A stretch of DNA of 64,000 nt. It comes from an uncultured Bacillota bacterium. Lineage in GTDB: Bacteria > Bacillota > Clostridia > Christensenellales > UBA1242. Each line of letters begins with the position of its first letter. The stretch's first letter is position 1. The stretch covers positions 9,430-73,429 of the forward strand of contig CAMRTM010000001.1 in the NCBI GenBank assembly GCA_947053645.1, written 5' to 3'. A program made the translations under genes and the position numbers. Shown piece after piece: positions 17,091-28,311 of this stretch. Below the pieces are notes generated by a model. That model ran no database searches. It was not told the origin of the DNA and saw only the letters and a program-made list of their open reading frames with translations.

Positions 17091-18788
17091 ATGGATATTT
17101 ACGCAAAAGGTCAACTTTCTTTCTTGATTTTAAACTGTCTTTTAGAGAGAGATTTTTATGGGCTTGATATTATCACTGAAATAAGAGAGCGTACGAATGG
17201 AAAAATAGACTTAAAGAAGCCTAGCGTTTATTCAAACCTTACAAGAATGGAAAAGCAAGGGCTTGTTTCTTCATATCTGCAATCAAGCGATCTTGGCCCA
17301 AACAGACGCTATTACTCTATTACTGAAAGAGGAAGAAAAACGCACCAAGAGTTGAAAGAAGAGTTTGAACGCAACCATTTTGATGTATTTAGAGATTTTG
17401 GTGAGGCTGAAGATGAGCCGATAGCACAACCTATCCTATCGCAAGAGCAACCAGCCTCAGTCCTTTCTCCTATGCAAGAAGATATGGAGGAAGATGAAGA
17501 AGAAATGGATGGCTTCTTTGATTTTTCTTCGCTTGATTCCCCTAAGCCAAGTGAGCCTAAACAATCAGTTTTTGTACAAGAAGAAGTTAAAGAAGACCCT
17601 GTGATAGTAGATTCTGTAATTGAAGAAGCACTTTTAGTAACCGAGCCTGTGAAAGAGCCAGAGCCAGTCCAAGAGGTTATTTCTACACCAGCAACAGAGG
17701 AGGAGTCAGTGCCATATATTTCCCCTCTTAAAGCACAAGCACAGGAAACAAAACAAACAAGTTTTGATGACCCAGATTACAATAAACGCATTTATGATAT
17801 AACTAAAGATTTTAACAAGTATCGTAGAAAGAGAAGTTTTGCGGAAGATCAATTGGCTTTTGATGTAAAGGATACCGATTTTTCTCTTCAAGACTCAGAG
17901 GCTAAGAGACAAGAAAAAATAGAAGTTTTCAAGTCTGCCCTTCTTGAAAGTAAGGGGCGTTTTGGTGAGAGAATGGCAGAGGAAGAATTTAAAAAACCAG
18001 CCACTCCAGCATATACAAGGCCTATGCCAGTGCCTACTCCTATGGCACAAGAGGAAAAGGAAGAAGAAAAGCAAGATGATGGTGTGTTTATAACAAATCG
18101 AGTTGAACGCGAAAATGTTATGCGTACCCGCAAGATTGAACCTCCTAGGCTTAAGATAGTAAATGAAAATCCACCTCTCCCAGCACCTAAGCGTGATGCA
18201 AGTATAGATCCTTCTCACAAGGAAATCATTTCACAATTATATTCAAAGAGCAAAGGTTCAGATACCGTGCAAGAGGAATTAGATATTGGCTTATACGATT
18301 ATGACGATCTTTCAGATTACTATAATGCAAGCAATATTTCATTTAAAACATATGAGCAGAATAAAGCGAAAACAAAGCATAATACAAACAAACTTAACAT
18401 GATTGCCTCTGCTATCACATTTACTCTACTATGTATTTTCTCTAGCGTGTTATTTGCTGTACTCTACACACAAGGTTTGACTAATCCTAATACAAGTTTT
18501 CTTTACATAATTATTCCAGGTGCGTATTTCATTGATGTTTGTGCAAAACTATCCGCACTTAAAAATACAAGTTGGGAGCCTAAGCCTATGCTGCCTCAAT
18601 GGTTTATGTGGCTTATGACATTACTAACTTGCGGAGTTGTTGTCGGACTTAATTTCTTATTTGGAATGAATATTGAATCCTTATCTTTATATTACACTAC
18701 CCTCATTCTTCCAATTGTTTCAATTATAGCTGTGCTTCCATTTAGATATTATGTAAAGCGTAATCTTTTTATAAGAAAGTGGAAATAG
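17091..18788 (+). CDS. PadR-family winged-helix domain fused to an acidic/proline-rich linker and a C-terminal multi-pass membrane domain
   Basis: 565 aa. The N-terminus (LILNCLLERDFYGLDIITEI...SVYSNLTRMEKQGLVSS) is PadR-like. About 330 aa are low-complexity and E/P/K-rich. The C-terminus has about 4 predicted TM helices. Confidence 0.7.
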   Translation: MDIYAKGQLSFLILNCLLERDFYGLDIITEIRERTNGKIDLKKPSVYSNLTRMEKQGLVSSYLQSSDLGPNRRYYSITERGRKTHQELKEEFERNHFDVFRDFGEAEDEPIAQPILSQEQPASVLSPMQEDMEEDEEEMDGFFDFSSLDSPKPSEPKQSVFVQEEVKEDPVIVDSVIEEALLVTEPVKEPEPVQEVISTPATEEESVPYISPLKAQAQETKQTSFDDPDYNKRIYDITKDFNKYRRKRSFAEDQLAFDVKDTDFSLQDSEAKRQEKIEVFKSALLESKGRFGERMAEEEFKKPATPAYTRPMPVPTPMAQEEKEEEKQDDGVFITNRVERENVMRTRKIEPPRLKIVNENPPLPAPKRDASIDPSHKEIISQLYSKSKGSDTVQEELDIGLYDYDDLSDYYNASNISFKTYEQNKAKTKHNTNKLNMIASAITFTLLCIFSSVLFAVLYTQGLTNPNTSFLYIIIPGAYFIDVCAKLSALKNTSWEPKPMLPQWFMWLMTLLTCGVVVGLNFLFGMNIESLSLYYTTLILPIVSIIAVLPFRYYVKRNLFIRKWK

Positions 18789-18816
18789 AAAAAAGCAAGT
18801 TATACTTGCTTTTTTC
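18789..18816. terminator. Bidirectional terminator at the convergence point of + and - strand gene blocks
   Basis: A6-agcaagt-tat-acttgct-T6. The stop codon of the minus-strand gene (18800-18802) lies partly in the loop. Confidence 0.8.
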
Positions 18817-19420
18817 TATTTATTAATTTTCTATTAATTGCTTTTATAAGACTTATTGATAAATCTATAGTAAGGAATACAACGACTATTGCTATTGAAA
18901 ATATAAGTATATACCCGATTGAATTTGAAAGCACAGTACATAGTAGTGTCACAATACTACAAGAGATAAAACCACCTATCGCAATCGAAAGAAGTGACCA
19001 GTGTAACTTTAGATTAGAAAGTCCAGCTATAAAACTGCCCGCCCAGATACCAGTCAAAGGAAGAGGCAAAGCGACAAATGTAGTAAGAAAAAGGTATTTT
19101 TTAAAGGTGCTTTCCTGTTTTTCAAGTAATGTAGATTTGACGCTATACCTACTTTTAAGAACGCCAGTTAAAAAGCCAGTGGTATGGCGTTTTATTTTTC
19201 TTGCGAGAAACATAATCAATATACTTGGAAGAATGCTGCCAACAAATCCAAAAAGTAGTGCTTGCCACGGTGGAAGAGCAGTCCCACCCCATAAACTTGT
19301 ATTCATAGCAAAAGGTATTGCGATTTTACTTTCAAGCGTGGGAATCATTGCAAGTAAGATTACAGCAAGCCAAATACAGGACGAAAAATTTTCAGCAAAG
19401 ATTTTAATTACATTATCCAT
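18800..19420 (-). CDS. Membrane protein, small multidrug export-like family (COG2426-like)
   Basis: 206 aa. ESKIAIPFA and LPLPLTGIWAGSFIAGL resemble the conserved motifs of that family (E-x-x-x-AIP, PLP-x-TG-x-W-x-G). Confidence 0.45.
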   Translation of the reverse strand: MDNVIKIFAENFSSCIWLAVILLAMIPTLESKIAIPFAMNTSLWGGTALPPWQALLFGFVGSILPSILIMFLARKIKRHTTGFLTGVLKSRYSVKSTLLEKQESTFKKYLFLTTFVALPLPLTGIWAGSFIAGLSNLKLHWSLLSIAIGGFISCSIVTLLCTVLSNSIGYILIFSIAIVVVFLTIDLSISLIKAINRKLINRKKQV

Positions 19421-19496
19421 ATTACTATATTATTCTTACGAATTAGCGAATATGAAAAAAAAGTGGCTCGGCCACTTTTTTTATAATCAATAATTG

Positions 19497-19715
19497 TCAC
19501 TTCTTCTTCCTAAATAAGAATATTACACACAATGCAAATGGAATGGCACACACCCCTATTATTAGCGGAGTTAAAGGAATAAGTAATCCCCTTAAAGCAA
19601 ATACATCCACCCCACAGGCGTCAAGAATAGGAATATATGCAAAACTAACGCCAATGAGAGATAACGATAAACCCATTAGAACTATCTTCCAAAATAATTT
19701 CATAAGATTCTCCAC
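19497..19715 (-). CDS. Small membrane protein (72 aa)
   Basis: Two hydrophobic helices and a basic C-terminus (RKKK). Followed by terminator agtggc-tcg-gccact at about 19458-19486. Confidence 0.45.
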   Translation of the reverse strand: MENLMKLFWKIVLMGLSLSLIGVSFAYIPILDACGVDVFALRGLLIPLTPLIIGVCAIPFALCVIFLFRKKK

Positions 19716-19741
19716 ATTTATCTAGCGAGTGCATAATGCAC

Positions 19742-21328
19742 TTATTTTGCTATATCGCTGAATCTAGATTCGCGGATTACATTTACCTTGATTTGTCCTG
19801 GGTATTGCATCTCATTTTCAATTCTCTTTGCAATATCTTTTGCAAGGAACATTGCGTCATTATCACTGATTTCTTCAGGTTTAACGATAATACGCACCTC
19901 TCTTCCTGCTTGAATTGCGTAAGATTTGTCAACGCCTTTGAAACTGTTTGAAATCTCTTCAAGTTGTTGTAGGCGTTTGATATAGTTTTCAAAACTTTCT
20001 CTTCTTGCACCAGGTCGTGAACTTGAAATAGCGTCTGCGACTTGTACTATGATTGCTTCTATACTATGGAATGGAACATTACCATGGTGAGCTTCAATAC
20101 AGTGAATAACCTCTGGGCTTTCCTTGTATTTCTTTGCAAGATCTACACCAATAGTAACATGAGTGCCCTCTACCTCGTGATCAAGAGCTTTACCAATATC
20201 GTGGAGGAAGCCACCTCTTTTTGCGATAGTTGCATTTGCACCAATTTCACTTGCTATCATTCCAGCAAGGAGTGCGGTTTCAATACTGTGTTTTAAGCAG
20301 TTTTGACCATAACTTGTCCTATATTTAAGTCTTCCCATAACTTTAACAAGTTCCGGATGAAGATTGTAAATCGCAACTTCATTGCAAGCGTTATCTCCGG
20401 CTTCTTTGATAGTCTTTTCAACTTCCTTAGTTGCCTTATCAACAACCTCTTCTACGCGTGTTGGATGAATTCTGCCATCTACAATAAGTTTTTCAAGAGA
20501 AAGTCTTGCAATTTCTCTTCTGATAGGGTCAAAACTTGAAATAGTGATTGCTTCTGGTGTATCGTCAACTATAAGTTCAACCCCGGTTACACTTTCAATA
20601 GAGCGGATATTCCTTCCCTCTCTACCAATAATTCTACCCTTCATTTCGTCATTTGGAAGTGCTACTGTTGTAACAGTCATTTCGCTTGAAAGGTCGGTGG
20701 CACATTTTTGAATGGCGCCCATAACTATTTCTTTAGCACTATTTTCTGCGTTTTCTCTTGCTTCATCCTCTATTTGTTTAACAAGAATGCCAGCGTCTTT
20801 CTTTGCCTCTTCAGTGATTGATGAAATGAGAACATCCTTGGCCTCTTTCTTGCTCATGCCAGAAATCTTTTCAAGTTTTTCAAGCATTTCTTCTTTGATT
20901 TTGTTGTGTTCTTCAATTTGATTTGCGATTTTTACCCTTTCGTTTTCAAGAGAATTACGCTCTTTATCAATTTGTTCAAGTTTAGTATCAACAGATGTCT
21001 CTTTCTTAGATACATACTCTTCTCTTTGCGATAAACGCTCTTCCATCTTTTGAATTTCATTGCGTCTTTCTTTTGCCTCAATATTGGCATCGTCTTTAAT
21101 CTTTTGTGCTTCTTCTTTTGCTTCTAGAATGCTTTCCTTTTTGATAGTCTTAGCTTCTGCATATGCCTCTTCAATAATCTTAACTGCATTAGATTTGCTT
21201 TTTCCAATTTTCTTTGTTGCAATAAGTTTATATAATAATATGCCCGCACCCACACCTACTATGGCGCAAGCAATTCCTATAACGGCGGCAATAGCAGGAG
21301 CAACACTACATAACATACTTATGCTCAT
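19742..21328 (-). CDS. rny: Ribonuclease Y
   Basis: 528 aa. N-terminal TM, coiled coil, KH domain (GREGRNIRSIESVTGV), HD domain (GFLHDIGK). Confidence 0.96.
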   Translation of the reverse strand: MSISMLCSVAPAIAAVIGIACAIVGVGAGILLYKLIATKKIGKSKSNAVKIIEEAYAEAKTIKKESILEAKEEAQKIKDDANIEAKERRNEIQKMEERLSQREEYVSKKETSVDTKLEQIDKERNSLENERVKIANQIEEHNKIKEEMLEKLEKISGMSKKEAKDVLISSITEEAKKDAGILVKQIEDEARENAENSAKEIVMGAIQKCATDLSSEMTVTTVALPNDEMKGRIIGREGRNIRSIESVTGVELIVDDTPEAITISSFDPIRREIARLSLEKLIVDGRIHPTRVEEVVDKATKEVEKTIKEAGDNACNEVAIYNLHPELVKVMGRLKYRTSYGQNCLKHSIETALLAGMIASEIGANATIAKRGGFLHDIGKALDHEVEGTHVTIGVDLAKKYKESPEVIHCIEAHHGNVPFHSIEAIIVQVADAISSSRPGARRESFENYIKRLQQLEEISNSFKGVDKSYAIQAGREVRIIVKPEEISDNDAMFLAKDIAKRIENEMQYPGQIKVNVIRESRFSDIAK

Positions 21329-21438
21329 ACTTTTCCCCTTTTAATAGTAGATAAAACTACTACTTTGATTATACACTAATTTCAATTTTTAAGTCAAATG
21401 AATTATATATATTACAATAAAAAAAGTGGCACTGCCAC

Positions 21439-21792
21439 TTATTCGCTTTCGCTAGTACTTTTTGCAAGATAGTTTGGTGTTTTATACGCCTTAGTTTCTG
21501 GATTAAAGTAAATAGACTTTTGATTTTGTAATTTTACATCTGCCCAGTTTTCTTCATTAAGTCCAGAAGCGTAAACAAATCTTTTATCACAAAGTTCCCA
21601 AGTAATAACATTGAAAAAGGTCCAGCCATCACTTATTTTTACGATAGCCCAGCCAGATTCATTTGGTGTGTATGCTTCTTCAAAAAGCTTTGGTATTTCC
21701 TCTCCTGTAATTTTGTTATAAAAAGAAAAAGTTTCCTCTTCTTCTACGCAACCCTAACCTGCTTTATTTGGGTAATAATATATTTTCTTCAT
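21439..21792 (-). pseudogene. Small ORF (117 codons) interrupted by an in-frame TAG at codon 13
   Basis: Strong SD (AAAGGAG, 7 nt) before the ATG at 21792. Reads MKKIYYYPNKAG-TAG(21756-21754)-GCVEEEETFSFYNK...STSESE-TAA. An intrinsic terminator (agtggc-a-gtgccact plus T7 on the minus strand) lies directly after the stop at 21418-21440. Confidence 0.6.
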
Positions 21793-21866
21793 GTTTTTAC
21801 TCCTTTAAATGACCTTATTGTATCATAGAAATTTGGCACTGTCAATATAAAAAATAAAAGATAGTA

Positions 21867-23066
<1,200 letters not shown>

Positions 23067-24113
23067 TTACTCTTTGTTTATGTAGAAATTACTATCTCCA
23101 AAACTGAAAAAACGATATTTCTCTTTTACAGCGGTATTATATATTTCCATAGTTTTTTCATACCCTAGAAATGCAGCGACTAACATTATTAAAGTGCTTT
23201 CTGGCAAGTGGAAATTGGTTATCAGCCCATCTACCACCTTAAATTTGTAACCGGGGTAGATAAATATTTTTGTGTCTGTCTTTTGCGGATGGATGTTGCC
23301 TTGTTCATCCGCCGTACTTTCAAGAACTCGCACAGAGGTTGTGCCTACCGCAATAATGCGTCGCCCCTCTTTCTTGGCTTGATTAAGGATTTTTGCATTG
23401 TCCTCACTCATTTCTATGTACTCACTGTGCATATCGTGGTTTAATATGTTGTCCTCTTTGACTGGACGGAAGGTGCCGAGTCCAACATGAAGGAGAACTT
23501 CTACTATATTCACCCCTTTTTCTTTGATTTTTTCAAGTAGGGCTGGTGTGAAATGCAGCCCAGCAGTTGGCGCAGCGGAAGAGCCTTCAATTTTAGAGTA
23601 TACAGTTTGATAACGTTCCTTATCTTTTAATTTTTCATGAATATACGGTGGAAGTGGCATGGTGCCAACCTCACTTAATCTATGTTCAAATACGCCCTCA
23701 AAGTCAAATTCTATTAAACAACTGCCATAATCATATTTTTCAAGTATGGTACAACTAAGCCCCTCACTGAATGTGATTTTTGTCCCCTCTTTAAGTCTTT
23801 TAAAAGGTTTAGCAATTACTTCCCACTTTTTTAAATCCAATCTTTTTTGTAGTAAGATTTCAATTTTTGCACCAGTGTCTTTATAGCCATAAAGCCTTGC
23901 TGGAAGTACCCGTGTGTTATTTATTACAAGTACATCCCCTTCTTTAAGGTAATTTACAATATCATAGAAATGCCTGTGCTCTATTTTGTCATTTTGTTTA
24001 TGATAAACGAGGAGCCTAGAATGGTCTCTTGGCTCTATTGGCGTCTGTGCGATGAGTTCCTCTGGCAAATCGTAATAGTAGGAACTTTTTAATAGTAAAT
24101 CTTTATTCGTCAT
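23067..24113 (-). CDS. queA: S-adenosylmethionine:tRNA ribosyltransferase-isomerase
   Basis: 348 aa. TAGLHFT and GTTSVRVLES motifs. Confidence 0.95.
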   Translation of the reverse strand: MTNKDLLLKSSYYYDLPEELIAQTPIEPRDHSRLLVYHKQNDKIEHRHFYDIVNYLKEGDVLVINNTRVLPARLYGYKDTGAKIEILLQKRLDLKKWEVIAKPFKRLKEGTKITFSEGLSCTILEKYDYGSCLIEFDFEGVFEHRLSEVGTMPLPPYIHEKLKDKERYQTVYSKIEGSSAAPTAGLHFTPALLEKIKEKGVNIVEVLLHVGLGTFRPVKEDNILNHDMHSEYIEMSEDNAKILNQAKKEGRRIIAVGTTSVRVLESTADEQGNIHPQKTDTKIFIYPGYKFKVVDGLITNFHLPESTLIMLVAAFLGYEKTMEIYNTAVKEKYRFFSFGDSNFYINKE

Positions 24114-24594
24114 AACAATTTAATAGTTTATGTAAATCCCCTTCAATTAATTTTTTGTCTTTAGAAGTTTCAAAAGAAAAACCAAAAGATTTTTCTTTTG
24201 AATTTAACATGTTTGTTAATATTTCATTTAAAGGGCTGTTTGCAAAATAAAAATCAATTAAGCAATCTTTGCCTCCATATATTGATAAATTGTTATTTTT
24301 AAACAAACTGATTAATTTTTCTATGTCAAAATTCTTTAATCTATTTCGTTTTATAAAAAATTCAAAATAATATGGCTTATCAAACATGTTAATATTTAAA
24401 TCTATCTTGTTATTTATTTCTATTACAGGAATAGGAAAGTAATTGCAAATCCAATTTCCGTTTTGTTTCTCCCAATTTTTATTTCCAAAAGTTATGTTTG
24501 TGTTGTAGTCATTTGAGAGGAAAGAAGAAATTTCCTCTGCTTTATTACAAATCTCTTTATAAGTTTTGTTTAATAAATTCTTAGAAATATTCAA
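24103..24594 (-). CDS. Hypothetical protein (163 aa), very AT-rich, inserted between ruvB and queA
   Basis: Starts 1 nt after the ruvB stop and overlaps the queA start by 11 nt. N/K/I/F-rich composition. No family recognised. Confidence 0.55.
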   Translation of the reverse strand: MNISKNLLNKTYKEICNKAEEISSFLSNDYNTNITFGNKNWEKQNGNWICNYFPIPVIEINNKIDLNINMFDKPYYFEFFIKRNRLKNFDIEKLISLFKNNNLSIYGGKDCLIDFYFANSPLNEILTNMLNSKEKSFGFSFETSKDKKLIEGDLHKLLNCYDE

Positions 24595-24595
24595 A

Positions 24596-25624
24596 TTAGC
24601 CTCCTACAAACTCCTTTCCTAAATGCTTGTATGCTGGCTCTAGTGCTACCCTTCCGCGTGGAGTGCGAGAAATAAAGCCAAGTTGAAGAAGATATGGCTC
24701 ATATACATCTTCAATTGTGGTTGCATCCTCACTGATTGTTGCGGCAAGAGTGTCAAGTCCCACCGGCCCTCCACCAAATTTATCGATTATTGAAAGAAGA
24801 ATCTTTCTATCTATGAGGTCAAGTCCAAGTTCGTCAATTTCCATAATCTTCAAGGTTTTTTCGGCAATTTCAAGCGTTACCTTGCCCTGCCCTTGTATTT
24901 CAGCATAGTCACGCACGCGTTTTAATAATCTGTTGGCTATACGCGGTGTTCCGCGTGAGCGTTTTGCAATTTCCATACTTGCCTCTGGTGCAATCTCTAC
25001 GCCAAGAATTTTTGCTGAACGATCGATAATTACCTTTAAGTCGTCTGCTGAATAGAGTTCAAGTCTGCTTATAATTCCAAATCTATCACGAAGTGGATTT
25101 GTCAGCATGCCTGCCCTTGTGGTTGCACCGATAAGAGTGAACGGTTTTATTTTCAATCTCATATTTCGTGCAGAAGGACCTTTGCCGACTATAAAGTCAA
25201 GTGCAAAATCTTCCATGGCTGGATATAAGATTTCTTCCACCGACTTGTTCAATCTATGGATTTCGTCTATGAAAAGGACATCATTTTGATTTAAGTTTGT
25301 GAGGATTGCGGCAAGGTCTGCGGCATGTTCTATTGCTGGGCCAGAAGTCACCTTAAATTGTGAGCCAAGTTCATTGGCGATAATATGTGAAAGTGTTGTT
25401 TTTCCAAGTCCTGGAGGGCCATATAAAAGTACATGGTCAAGGCTTTCTTTTCGTGATTTCGCTGCTTTAATATAAACAGATAAACTTTCCTTTACCTTAC
25501 TTTGACCAATATATTCATCAAAACTGGTTGGACGAAGTGAGTTTTCGATTTCAGCATCGGTAAGATTTTTTGTGCTTGTTATAAATCTGCTGTCGGCTAC
25601 TTGATCTTTGTTGCTTTCTATCAT
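24596..25624 (-). CDS. ruvB: Holliday junction helicase RuvB
   Basis: 342 aa. Walker [10 protein letters not shown] and Walker B DEIHRL. Confidence 0.97.
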   Translation of the reverse strand: MIESNKDQVADSRFITSTKNLTDAEIENSLRPTSFDEYIGQSKVKESLSVYIKAAKSRKESLDHVLLYGPPGLGKTTLSHIIANELGSQFKVTSGPAIEHAADLAAILTNLNQNDVLFIDEIHRLNKSVEEILYPAMEDFALDFIVGKGPSARNMRLKIKPFTLIGATTRAGMLTNPLRDRFGIISRLELYSADDLKVIIDRSAKILGVEIAPEASMEIAKRSRGTPRIANRLLKRVRDYAEIQGQGKVTLEIAEKTLKIMEIDELGLDLIDRKILLSIIDKFGGGPVGLDTLAATISEDATTIEDVYEPYLLQLGFISRTPRGRVALEPAYKHLGKEFVGG

Positions 25625-26208
25625 GATCTATACCCCCTTAAAGCTTTAGATATTATTTCCTCAGCGGTTGCGTTTTCGCTAGCGTTTGCACGCGCAAGCA
25701 TATAGGCTTCATTCTTGCTTATTCCAAGAGAAATTAAAGTTTGTGTTGCAAGTTCCACCGCACTTTCGTCAAAACTATTGTCATAAGTCGTTTCAGTTTG
25801 AAGCGCAATATCAATCTTGTCTTTTAGTTCAAGGCAGACTCTTTCTGCTGTTTTTTTACCAAGTCCTTTGATAGTAGAAAGAAGTTTAACATCTTCTTTT
25901 TTAATTGCCATTGTTAAATCGTTAATGTTAAGTCCAGATAAAATTGAAATAGCAAGTTTTGGGCCAACACCACTGACGGTTATAAGTTTTAAAAATAGTT
26001 CCTTTTCTTCTTGTGTGGAAAAGCCAAATAGAAATACACCATCCTCTCTTACTGCCATATAAGAAAGGACTTTGCAGTTGTCTCCTACATGAGGAAGGCT
26101 TGTTAGCGTATTATTTGAAACAGCTAGTTCATACCCTACACCTCCTACATCAAGGATTAAACTTCCCTCTCGTTTTTCTTCAATTATACCTCTTAAAAAT
26201 GAAATCAT
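25621..26208 (-). CDS. ruvA: Holliday junction DNA-binding protein RuvA
   Basis: 195 aa. OB N-terminus and HhH motifs ([19 protein letters not shown]). Confidence 0.95.
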   Translation of the reverse strand: MISFLRGIIEEKREGSLILDVGGVGYELAVSNNTLTSLPHVGDNCKVLSYMAVREDGVFLFGFSTQEEKELFLKLITVSGVGPKLAISILSGLNINDLTMAIKKEDVKLLSTIKGLGKKTAERVCLELKDKIDIALQTETTYDNSFDESAVELATQTLISLGISKNEAYMLARANASENATAEEIISKALRGYRS

Positions 26209-26216
26209 AAAATCTC

Positions 26217-26708
26217 CTATCTTGCTTGATTGTTATTAAGTGAACTGCTTGTTTGGCTGTGGCATATTGCAACTGCAAGTGCATCTGCAGCGTCATCTGG
26301 TTTGGGAATGGCGTTTAATCCCAGTATTGCTTTAACCATGTATTGCACCTGTGCCTTTTCCGCTCTACCATGTCCAGTCAAAGCCTGCTTTATTTGAAGT
26401 GGTGTATATTCGTAAATTTTTCCGCAAAATTTTTGGCAGGCAAGCATAATAACCCCTCTTGCCTGTGCAACTTGGATGACAGTTTTTTGATTTTTGAAAT
26501 AGAATAGTTCCTCTATTGCAACTACCTCAGGACGATATTTATCAAATAAAAATTTAAGGTTTTCCTCTATCTCTTGCAACCTTACTGGAAAACTATCTTC
26601 TTTTGCGGTTGTAATAGCCCCGTAATCCAATACCATATTTGGAATTTCAGTATCTATAACGCCATAACCTATAATCCCATATCCTGGGTCTATTCCGAGT
26701 ATTACCAT
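26217..26708 (-). CDS. ruvC: Crossover junction endodeoxyribonuclease RuvC
   Basis: 163 aa. ILGIDPGYG and DAADALAVAICH. Confidence 0.95.
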   Translation of the reverse strand: MVILGIDPGYGIIGYGVIDTEIPNMVLDYGAITTAKEDSFPVRLQEIEENLKFLFDKYRPEVVAIEELFYFKNQKTVIQVAQARGVIMLACQKFCGKIYEYTPLQIKQALTGHGRAEKAQVQYMVKAILGLNAIPKPDDAADALAVAICHSQTSSSLNNNQAR

Positions 26709-26787
26709 AAATTAAGTTTACAATAAATCTACAAATAATGTCAAATAAAAAAGAGAGCATTATACTCTCTAATACTATTTGTAAAGT

Positions 26788-27519
26788 TTACTCTTCATCA
26801 GGAAGATTGACATTGTGGTATACTTCTTGAACATCGTCAAGATCTTCAAGAGTATCTATCATTCGATTAAATGAAACAAGTTTTTCAGGTGTCAAATCTA
26901 CATAATTGTCAGGAACCATTGTAACTTCACTTGATTCTATGCTATAACCCGCCTTTGTAAGTGCTTCAGCAACTCGTGTGCAATCGTTTGGCTCAGTGAT
27001 AATTTCAAGTGAATCGTCATACTCTACAACATCTTTTGCACCCGCATCAAGAGCCTCTAGCATAATTTCATCAGCATTAACTCCCTCATTGGAAACTGAA
27101 ATAACACCTTTTCTTTGGAAAAGATAGGAAACACAGCCATTCGCACCAAGACTGCCTCCAAATTTATCAAAGGCATGACGAACATCGCCAGCAGTTCTAT
27201 TTTTATTATCTGTAAGGCATTCTACAATAACTGCAGAGCCGCCAGCACCATATCCTTCATAGGTGCAGTTTTCATAGTTTACACCACTAAGTTCGCCTGC
27301 TGCCTTCTTTATACTACGCTCGATTGAATCGTTAGGCATATTATTTTGTTTTGCTTTTGCAATAACATCACGAAGGCGTGGATTTGATACTGGGTCAGAG
27401 CCACCTTGTTTTACGACTACCGCAATCTCTCTGCCTATCTTTGTGAAAATTTTTCCTCTTGCGGCATCACTTTTGCCTTTTCTTGCTTGAATATTATGCC
27501 ATTTTGAATGTCCTGACAT
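26788..27519 (-). CDS. YebC/PmpR family DNA-binding regulator
   Basis: 243 aa. N-terminus [15 protein letters not shown] is characteristic. Confidence 0.93.
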   Translation of the reverse strand: MSGHSKWHNIQARKGKSDAARGKIFTKIGREIAVVVKQGGSDPVSNPRLRDVIAKAKQNNMPNDSIERSIKKAAGELSGVNYENCTYEGYGAGGSAVIVECLTDNKNRTAGDVRHAFDKFGGSLGANGCVSYLFQRKGVISVSNEGVNADEIMLEALDAGAKDVVEYDDSLEIITEPNDCTRVAEALTKAGYSIESSEVTMVPDNYVDLTPEKLVSFNRMIDTLEDLDDVQEVYHNVNLPDEE

Positions 27520-27559
27520 ATTGTCCTCCTATTTGTTATTAAGTTATCATGTTTGCATA

Positions 27560-28288
27560 TTATTTGTCAAACAAATCTTTAGCAATTTGGTACATGATTA
27601 TTGATCCGCTTACTGCGACATTTAAGCTTTCTACCCCAACTGTCATTGGAATAGAAACTGCATACCTACATATTTTTGATATTTCCTTGCTGATTCCATT
27701 TCCTTCGTTGCCAACAACTACACCCAATGGTTGAGCAAATGAAGTCTTGAATATATTTTCTCCTTGCATATCTGCTTTTAACATACATAACTGCCATTTT
27801 GAAACAAGTTCGATAAATTTTTCACGGGACAATTCATAGATTTTCTCGTCAAAAATTGTCCCTACGCTACTTCGCACTAGTTTTGGGTTTGTAACCGATA
27901 CAGAGTCTAGCATAAATATGCTTTTAAAGCCACACGCACAAGCCGTCCTTATTAGAGTGCCGGCATTGCCCGGGTCTTGAATTCCATCAAGTACTAGGAA
28001 GTTGGTTGTAGGCTTAACTACTGCATCTTGTATGTATTCTGCAATGCATACTACTCCCTGTGGTGTTTTAGTATCAGCTAACATTTTTATTGTCGTACTG
28101 TCAGTCTTATAAACTGGATACTTTTCACCATAAATATTTAGACTTTCATCCTCTACTAAGATATATAATGGTTTTAGTCCTTTTGCAAGGGCGTCCTTTA
28201 TAATTTTTCGATTATCCAAAAAAAGGAGACTAGTCTCTTTCTTTAATTTCTTTAGATTTTTGATTAAAGAATTAGTCGCCTTTTCCAT
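27560..28288 (-). CDS. TrmH/SpoU-family RNA 2'-O-methyltransferase
   Basis: 242 aa. VVGNEGNGIS and IPM..VESLNV motifs. Position downstream of rplT matches Bacillus ysgA. Confidence 0.85.
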   Translation of the reverse strand: MEKATNSLIKNLKKLKKETSLLFLDNRKIIKDALAKGLKPLYILVEDESLNIYGEKYPVYKTDSTTIKMLADTKTPQGVVCIAEYIQDAVVKPTTNFLVLDGIQDPGNAGTLIRTACACGFKSIFMLDSVSVTNPKLVRSSVGTIFDEKIYELSREKFIELVSKWQLCMLKADMQGENIFKTSFAQPLGVVVGNEGNGISKEISKICRYAVSIPMTVGVESLNVAVSGSIIMYQIAKDLFDK

Positions 28289-28311
28289 GGAAACTCCTTT
28301 TTTGTGTGTTT

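Noticed and set aside
20681-20700. Reverse-orientation partial copy of the repeat core (agtcatttcgct) inside rny
   Set aside because: Only 9 of 13 positions match and it lies within a conserved coding region. This is a chance partial match, not a member of the family.
21754-21756. TAG recoding (pyrrolysine or a reassigned stop)
   Set aside because: TAG terminates several well-conserved genes here at the expected positions (recN at 9765-9767, serS at 14295-14297, the PadR-like gene at 18786-18788). No pyl genes are visible in the window.
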